Shown in pieces: positions 58,025 to 64,000 of a stretch of DNA of 64,000 nt. The notes below the pieces were generated by a model. That model did no database searches and was not told where the DNA came from. It was given only the letters and a program-made list of their open reading frames with translations. A program made the translations under genes and the position numbers. The first letter of the stretch is position 1, and the number at the start of each line of letters is the position of its first letter. Source of the DNA: Parcubacteria group bacterium GW2011_GWA1_40_21 (lineage in GTDB: Bacteria > Patescibacteriota > Minisyncoccia > Phycocordibacterales > GWA1-40-21); the NCBI GenBank assembly GCA_000996205.1, contig LBYO01000006.1:1969-65968 (forward strand), read 5' to 3'.

Positions 58025-60174
58025 ATTTCTTTTTTAAAAACAAAAAAACACTTTCTTGTCTCTTAATCGTTCCGATTATAATATCTTTGGCTTTTTCATC
58101 TTTGGCGGTAACAAAAGTTTACGCCATTGATACTGTTCCACCCGTCCCCGTTTCGGACGATGCTTTGAGGTCAAAATTCGTCGGGGTGACGGTGATGGGC
58201 TATACCGTGCCGGGCTTCAGCTGGAACGGAATTTACAATCTAGTGATGAAAACATTGCTCGCCCAGATCACGGACAGCATAGTCAATTGGATAAACAGCG
58301 GTTTTGAAGGGAGTCCTTCATTTGTCACCGACCCGAAAAGTTTTCTCGTTGATGTCGGAGATGAAGTGGTGGGAGAGTTTATAGATGAAATGACTTCATT
58401 TGGCTGGCTTTGCGATCCGTACAGATTAAATATTAAAATCGCGCTGTCTTTGGGAATAGGCAATTTTAAACGGCAGAGAAAATGTACTTTGACTGGAATT
58501 ATTAAAAATTTTGATAATTTCGTTAATGGCACTTTCAAGGAAGGCGGATGGAAAGGCTGGTTTTATCTGACCACTAATCCAAACGCAAATCCCGGGACCG
58601 CTTTCTTGAGTATGCAGGCCGAACTTCAAAAAAGAATGCAACAAAAGAATGATTTGGAGGTTAAGAAGCTGGACTGGGGCAGGGGTTTTCTATCGTGGAG
58701 AACATGCGAGCAGTATGCCACAAAAACTTCCGCGCCGTCTGATGCCGGTCCTGGCCTTGAGTATACTGACCAAACCGATAAGAAGGATAAGTCCAATGAG
58801 AACCAAACTTGCACGAAATATAGCGACATAAAGACACCCGGCACGGTCATTGAAAGCCAGCTTGAACACACGCTTGGCACAAGCTTGAGGCAATTGGAGC
58901 TGGCTGATGATATAGACAAAATAGTCGGCGCACTTGTCCAGCAATTGGTAAAAACGGTTCTTACGAAAGGCTTGTCCAGTATGAATTCATCGGAAGGGTG
59001 GGAAGGCACATCAAGCGACCTTGAAGAAGAGAGCTCAAATACGAAAATAACCGGAACTTGCTCGGCTGACACCAGATCGGCCCTCACGGGAGAAACGGTT
59101 GAATGGACGGTTTATGCTGTAGGAGGTCCGTCTGGTAAAAGCCCTGAATACAAGTGGAATGGAGCTGAAATCAGCACGAATACTAAAACTGAAAAACGCA
59201 CATTAAGCATTGCTTATGATAGCGCTGGAACAAAGAAAGCGCGGGTAACAGTCAAAAAAGGCAATAAGAGCGCGACTATAAAATGCAGCGGTTCAGTCAA
59301 AGTTTCCGCCGGAGATGATTCTGATGTTGCTTCGGGAACTAACGGCTATTGTTCCGCCAACAAATCGGCGATCAAGACGGGCGGCAGTGTCCAGTGGAAA
59401 TGGACACCATACTCGTCCGACGGCTCTTACGACAGCGCCACTTACGAATGGAAGGATGAAAATGGAAACGCGATTGAGGATGCCGGTAGCGCCAAATCAG
59501 TCACCATCGCTTACTTTGAAACGGGGGAAAAGTCAACCAATGTGACAGTCACCAATGACGGAGCGAGTTCCGATTATGATTGCGGGGCGGTTGATGTTTC
59601 AGGCGAGGAAGAATCTTCATCGTCTTCAGAATCTTCAGAGATAACGGCTGATTCTTGCTCAGTAGATAAAACAGCCGCTCTGGTAAATCAAACAGTCAAA
59701 TGGAGCGCTGAATTGGCGGATAGCGGTGAAAGCGCTACTTATAATTGGCTTTCGGATGACACAGACGGTCCGTCTGGCGACACAAAATCAGTTGAAATCG
59801 GCTACACAACCGCCGGGACCAAATCAGCGAGCGTTGAAATAACAAAAGGCGACACGACAACCACGGTGTCTTGCTCAAATTCGGTTGAAATAACAAACAC
59901 CAAATTGTCCGCTTCGTGCAGTGTTGATCTTACGGCTGGAACCGTTGACACCGGAAATAACGACGGCACGGAATTCACTTGGACGGCGACGGCCTCCGGC
60001 TGGACTGGCGACTACGGCTATAGCTGGTCGGGAACGGACGGTCTTGTCGGAAGCGGAGACACGAATACGACAACATACACAGAAGCGGGAAATAAAACAG
60101 CCCGAGTGACAGTCACTTCTGGCGATGAAAGTGTCACGGTAAACTGCGGCACGGCTCGGGTGTTTTCAGAGTAA
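58009..60174 (+). CDS. Large secreted protein with four tandem Cys-bracketed Ig/PKD-like repeats (T4SS-locus surface protein candidate)
   Basis: Signal peptide; four roughly 85-aa repeats each beginning CS.. and ending ..C. Confidence 0.5.
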   Translation: MEQYMNFFFKNKKTLSCLLIVPIIISLAFSSLAVTKVYAIDTVPPVPVSDDALRSKFVGVTVMGYTVPGFSWNGIYNLVMKTLLAQITDSIVNWINSGFEGSPSFVTDPKSFLVDVGDEVVGEFIDEMTSFGWLCDPYRLNIKIALSLGIGNFKRQRKCTLTGIIKNFDNFVNGTFKEGGWKGWFYLTTNPNANPGTAFLSMQAELQKRMQQKNDLEVKKLDWGRGFLSWRTCEQYATKTSAPSDAGPGLEYTDQTDKKDKSNENQTCTKYSDIKTPGTVIESQLEHTLGTSLRQLELADDIDKIVGALVQQLVKTVLTKGLSSMNSSEGWEGTSSDLEEESSNTKITGTCSADTRSALTGETVEWTVYAVGGPSGKSPEYKWNGAEISTNTKTEKRTLSIAYDSAGTKKARVTVKKGNKSATIKCSGSVKVSAGDDSDVASGTNGYCSANKSAIKTGGSVQWKWTPYSSDGSYDSATYEWKDENGNAIEDAGSAKSVTIAYFETGEKSTNVTVTNDGASSDYDCGAVDVSGEEESSSSSESSEITADSCSVDKTAALVNQTVKWSAELADSGESATYNWLSDDTDGPSGDTKSVEIGYTTAGTKSASVEITKGDTTTTVSCSNSVEITNTKLSASCSVDLTAGTVDTGNNDGTEFTWTATASGWTGDYGYSWSGTDGLVGSGDTNTTTYTEAGNKTARVTVTSGDESVTVNCGTARVFSE

Positions 60175-60182
60175 AAATTTCA

Positions 60183-62273
60183 ATGAAAAAATTCATACCC
60201 TACATTTTAATAGCGGCGATGATAAGTGTTTTTTTGATAATTTCTTTTTCGGGCCCATTTTCCGGAACAATGTCAGGACCGAAAAAAGCTTTGGCATCAG
60301 AGGGTCATTGGTATAGTGGTTATTGGTATGACTCAACACTTGATGCTTTTGTTAAATTTGGCAAAGATGTTTACGATGAACCTTTACGCCTAGTTCCAGG
60401 TTATGCAGTAGGAGAAAATGTTGCAGCTTGGGGAGATTGGGGCAAAATAACCGACGCGACGATTGGTCAGATGGTCGCGTGGATTTCCAGTTTTACTTGG
60501 TATATTTCAGCCAAAATATTCACCTTTAGCGGTTTTCTTTTAGATTACGCGGTGGATTTCTCGGTGAAAGATTTTAAGGAGCATATAGACCAAATAAAAG
60601 TCATAAACACGGGATACAAAATAGTCCTCAATGTCGCGAATATGCTCTTTATTTTCATTCTGCTATACATTGCCATTAAGACGATATTAGGGATGGGGGG
60701 TGACACAAAAAAACTTCTAATCAATATTATTGTGGTGGCGCTTTTTATAAACTTCAGTCTTTTTATGACCAAAGTCATCATTGATGCGTCTAATATCGTA
60801 GCTATGGGATTTTACAATGCCGTGCAGACCGAAATGGGAACAGCTAAAGTCAATATGGATGGCAATGAAGAACAAAAAAAGCTAATATCCACCGGCTCTA
60901 TCTCCACCGCTATGATGGCAGGTTTGAGATTGCAAACCCAAATACCTTCTCCTGATTCGTCTTACAATAAAAAAGACTCCTACAAAGGTCTTACTAATTT
61001 CAACATAGCAATGAACAACTTTGGCGGTTCCGCGCTGTTTCTTATTTCGGCTTTTGTGTTTCTGTCCGTTGCCATTCTGTTTATTGTCAGGTTCGTTGCT
61101 CTTTTGTTTTATCTGCTTTTTTCTCCTGTCGCTTTTCTTGGAATGATTTCTCCTGAACTGAAAGAGTACTCTGCAAAGTGGTGGAAAGGTTTGCAAAGCC
61201 AAGCATTATTCGCCCCCGCTTTTCTTTTTATGGCTTATCTGATTTCTGCCATAGTTAATTCCGGTCAATTATGGAATGCGGTCGGCGGAGATGATTCCAC
61301 ATCTACTTTTTATGACGCTTTTTCTTCGTCAAGCCCCGGAGCTTTCAGTATAATAATGAACTATGTGATATTGATAGCTCTGATGATTGGCGCGCTTATC
61401 CTTGCAAAACAAATGGCGGGTCAGGGCTCAGCCGGAGTGTTAAAATACACCGGCAAATTCCAAAGCTGGGCGCAGGGGGTGGCGGGGAGAAATACACTCG
61501 GTAGGGCGGCTTATCTAGCGGGCAATAATAGATATATAGGTAAACTTATGGCAAAGTCTCCAACTTTGGGCACATTCGTCAAATCAAAGTTTGATAGCGT
61601 GGCGGATACAAAATTCGGCAGCAAAACTGGCTATGCGACAGCGCTGAAAAAGAACATTGAACAAAAGAAAAAAATGGCTGATTTTGTCGCTAAAAGCAAA
61701 GTAGGGGAAACAGACAAGCTGATAAGAAAAGAAGAAGATCGACTAGACAAGATGGAAGATCTAAAAGAATTGAAAGACAATGTTGATAAGGCGCAAAGGG
61801 AAGTAGAAAGACTTAGAAATCTGGAAGTGGACATGAGAGCCCTTGGATCGTGGACTAATGCTGACATAGCCATCGCTGATTCAGCGCGCGAAACATTGCA
61901 AAGAGAAGAAGCTTTGTTTGAGAATAGACTTGATGCAGAATCAAGGATAAAAGATGCTACATCTTACAAAAAGAAAGTTCAAGACAAAATGAAAAAACAA
62001 TATGCAAAAAATATTGAGTTTGCCAGCTGGGGTGAAGGTTTTGGCTTTTTAGATAAAATATTCCGATCAGGCGCAGACGCGGCGGCAGAGATAAGAAAAC
62101 CAAAAGGTCCTTATGATAAAACTTTTAAGGATATGCTAAAAGAGTACAACGATGAACAAAGTAAAACAGCAGGTGGCGCTGGAGGAGCTGGTACCGCAGG
62201 AGGTGGAGGGGCGACAGGCGCAACGGGAAGCGGGGCTGGCGGCACAGGTGGCGGAGGAACGGCTCATCCTTAA
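60183..62273 (+). CDS. VirB6/TrbL-like polytopic membrane protein with C-terminal coiled-coil and Gly-rich tail
   Basis: 6-7 TM helices in first 400 aa with TrbL-like spacing, charged coiled-coil, terminal (GGA/GGT)n tail. Confidence 0.5.
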   Translation: MKKFIPYILIAAMISVFLIISFSGPFSGTMSGPKKALASEGHWYSGYWYDSTLDAFVKFGKDVYDEPLRLVPGYAVGENVAAWGDWGKITDATIGQMVAWISSFTWYISAKIFTFSGFLLDYAVDFSVKDFKEHIDQIKVINTGYKIVLNVANMLFIFILLYIAIKTILGMGGDTKKLLINIIVVALFINFSLFMTKVIIDASNIVAMGFYNAVQTEMGTAKVNMDGNEEQKKLISTGSISTAMMAGLRLQTQIPSPDSSYNKKDSYKGLTNFNIAMNNFGGSALFLISAFVFLSVAILFIVRFVALLFYLLFSPVAFLGMISPELKEYSAKWWKGLQSQALFAPAFLFMAYLISAIVNSGQLWNAVGGDDSTSTFYDAFSSSSPGAFSIIMNYVILIALMIGALILAKQMAGQGSAGVLKYTGKFQSWAQGVAGRNTLGRAAYLAGNNRYIGKLMAKSPTLGTFVKSKFDSVADTKFGSKTGYATALKKNIEQKKKMADFVAKSKVGETDKLIRKEEDRLDKMEDLKELKDNVDKAQREVERLRNLEVDMRALGSWTNADIAIADSARETLQREEALFENRLDAESRIKDATSYKKKVQDKMKKQYAKNIEFASWGEGFGFLDKIFRSGADAAAEIRKPKGPYDKTFKDMLKEYNDEQSKTAGGAGGAGTAGGGGATGATGSGAGGTGGGGTAHP

Positions 62274-62303
62274 ACTAAAGATCTAAAATAATACAAATTA
62301 AAA

Positions 62304-63107
62304 ATGAATTATAGCGAACAAATATTAAAAGCCAGATTTGAACAGCTTCCAGAGGATGTGAGAAGCGCGATAACGGCTACGCCTTGGAATGAAAAATTAA
62401 AACAGATTTCAGACAAGCACAATCTGCACATAGACCAAGCGGGACATCTCGGAGAAGAAACGGCTATAGTGATGTTCGGTCTTGACCACACCGATAATCT
62501 AGTCGCAAACATTGCCAAACATGTTGAAGTGTCGGAAGAAAAAGCTGAAGCGATCGCGGAGGATTTGAATCGGGAAATTTTCTTGAAGGTGAGGGAGTCG
62601 CTTAAGAAAATATTTGAGGAAAGAGATGAGAGGGCAGGCGGTAGCTTTTTAGCTGGTAGCTTATTAGGGAAGACTGAAGAAAAAGAAAGCGAAACGGAAA
62701 CGGATGAGACCCTGAAAAGGGAAGACATTTTGCGGGAAATTGAGGACAAAGAACATCACAATCTGCCAGCCGTTAACAAGCAAGAACTCCACTTGGAGGC
62801 GAGGCCTCCAAGTGAGATTAGCGCGCAAGTTTCTTTTCAGAACCAAAAGATGGCGGACAGCGCCAAAAGAGACAAACCAGCCGAAATGATTGTTATCCGC
62901 CCCGAACAACCCCAAAGACAACCTGCGATGCCACAAGGGGAAGCAATGAAAACAATGAAGGGCGATATTTTCAAGAACAAGATGAGCGGAACAGTGAATA
63001 TGCCGAGAGAAACAATTGAGATAAATGACGCCAAGACGCCAGCTAAAAAGTTGCCATCGGATATTAGTAATAAAATAGATCCTTATCGGGAGAAAATAGG
63101 AAAGTAG
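62304..63107 (+). CDS. Hypothetical acidic protein
   Basis: 267 aa, highly charged; between VirB6-like and PrgI-like genes. Confidence 0.45.
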   Translation: MNYSEQILKARFEQLPEDVRSAITATPWNEKLKQISDKHNLHIDQAGHLGEETAIVMFGLDHTDNLVANIAKHVEVSEEKAEAIAEDLNREIFLKVRESLKKIFEERDERAGGSFLAGSLLGKTEEKESETETDETLKREDILREIEDKEHHNLPAVNKQELHLEARPPSEISAQVSFQNQKMADSAKRDKPAEMIVIRPEQPQRQPAMPQGEAMKTMKGDIFKNKMSGTVNMPRETIEINDAKTPAKKLPSDISNKIDPYREKIGK

Positions 63108-63303
63108 CTTCTTAGCTTGTAGCTTTTTAGGTAAGAAAAGAATTGAAGTGGAAATTTATCTTTTGGTAAAAATTTAAGTTATACTAAAGAGGAAAGCCTT
63201 TTATCAGAAGTGATGAAGATGCTCAACAAAATGCTTTCTTCTTTAAAAAGTTCTCAACTTTCTTAACCTAAAAAGCTAATAAGCTGCAAGCTAACAAGCT
63301 AGT

Positions 63304-63738
63304 ATGAAATTCCAAGTCCCGCAATTTATTGAAATAGAAGACAAGATATTCGGGCCTTTGACCTTGAAGCAATTTATTTACCTTGCCGGAGGGGGCGGAA
63401 TTTCTTTCGTCATTTATTCCATAATTCCTTACCTTGTCATAGCTTTATTTTTCATCATACCGGTTATGCTTTTCTCTGTTGCTTTGGCTTTCTATAAGAT
63501 AAATGGCAAGCCGTTCATATTCATTCTTGAGTCGGCCGTGAAATACACTTTGAGCAACAAACTTTATCTGTGGCAAAAAAGAGAAAAAGTTATAACAAAA
63601 AAAGACAGCATTTCCAACGACAACTCATCCCTCCTCAAAGTACCTAAACTGTCAGAAAGCAAGCTCAAAGATTTAACTTGGAGTTTAGATATAAATGAAA
63701 ATATCAATCCGATTACGAGAGATAGTAAAAGGTTATAG
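63304..63738 (+). CDS. PrgI-family (VirB3-like) small membrane protein
   Basis: FGPLTLKQFIYLAGGGGISFVIYSIIPYLVIALFFIIPVMLFSVALAFYKINGKPF matches PrgI family pattern. Confidence 0.55.
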   Translation: MKFQVPQFIEIEDKIFGPLTLKQFIYLAGGGGISFVIYSIIPYLVIALFFIIPVMLFSVALAFYKINGKPFIFILESAVKYTLSNKLYLWQKREKVITKKDSISNDNSSLLKVPKLSESKLKDLTWSLDINENINPITRDSKRL

Positions 63739-63904
63739 GTGCTAGGCGTTAGGTTTTAGGGGTTAGGAAAGAAAAGATAAGATTGGGAATATAAAAAATA
63801 TGTTATAATTTTTAAAAGTTGCAGGTTGCTGTTTTACAACTTTCTTCACTCTCGCCCTAAAACCTAACACCTATAACCTTCTTAAAAACCTACAACCTAA
63901 AAAA

Positions 63905-64000
63905 ATGCCAACCAAATCAAAAGCAACACAGGATTTCGTGCCGATCAAAGAGGTGAGGGACGGCATTGTTATCTTGAAAAACAATTCAATGCGGGCAATC
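63905..64000 (+). CDS. VirB4/PrgJ-like conjugal transfer ATPase (N-terminal fragment, truncated by window end)
   Basis: MPTKSKATQDFVPIKEVRDGIVILKNNSMRAI is the characteristic VirB4/TraE N-terminal box; follows PrgI-like gene as in Gram-positive-type T4SS. Confidence 0.5.
   Translation, partial: MPTKSKATQDFVPIKEVRDGIVILKNNSMRAI

Overview
This 64-kb window is an AT-rich, gene-dense bacterial chromosomal segment with short intergenic regions and many small hypothetical proteins. Its gene content fits a Candidate Phyla Radiation (Patescibacteria)-like organism, which is an inference from content, not a search result: a split ComEC, ComM, a type IV pilin operon, a PrgI/VirB4/VirB6-like type IV secretion locus and many type II toxin-antitoxin pairs. 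Confident housekeeping calls are rny (5'-partial), hup, four tRNAs (Gly-TCC, Pro-TGG, Gly-GCC, Arg-TCG), cca, xth, ung, a tyrosine recombinase, tpiA, pgk, recJ, rnhA, comEC, Fe/Mn sodA-like, rpmB, rpsL-rpsG-fusA, rpsO, pnp, comM, pcrA and rsmA/ksgA. The accessory content includes at least four type II TA pairs (RelE/RHH, HicAB, DinJ/YafQ, ParE-like), a Panacea-domain gene, one DDE-transposase IS with inverted repeats, and a radical-SAM/SPASM peptide-maturase locus. That locus has a tightly coupled 32-aa Cys-rich ORF with a strong Shine-Dalgarno sequence, followed by GNAT, XRE and S1-protease genes. The most unusual observations are selfish-repeat phenomena: (i) a 120-nt structured element in two copies with compensatory changes in its closing stem, one copy inserted in-frame inside rnhA; (ii) heptamer tandem repeats (CCTACAA-like and AATTTCC) inserted in-frame in ksgA, xerC-like and pcrA; (iii) a roughly 145-bp MITE-like element in two copies; (iv) several families of gene-boundary repeats. 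A 17-bp tandem duplication also disrupts the 5' end of recJ.
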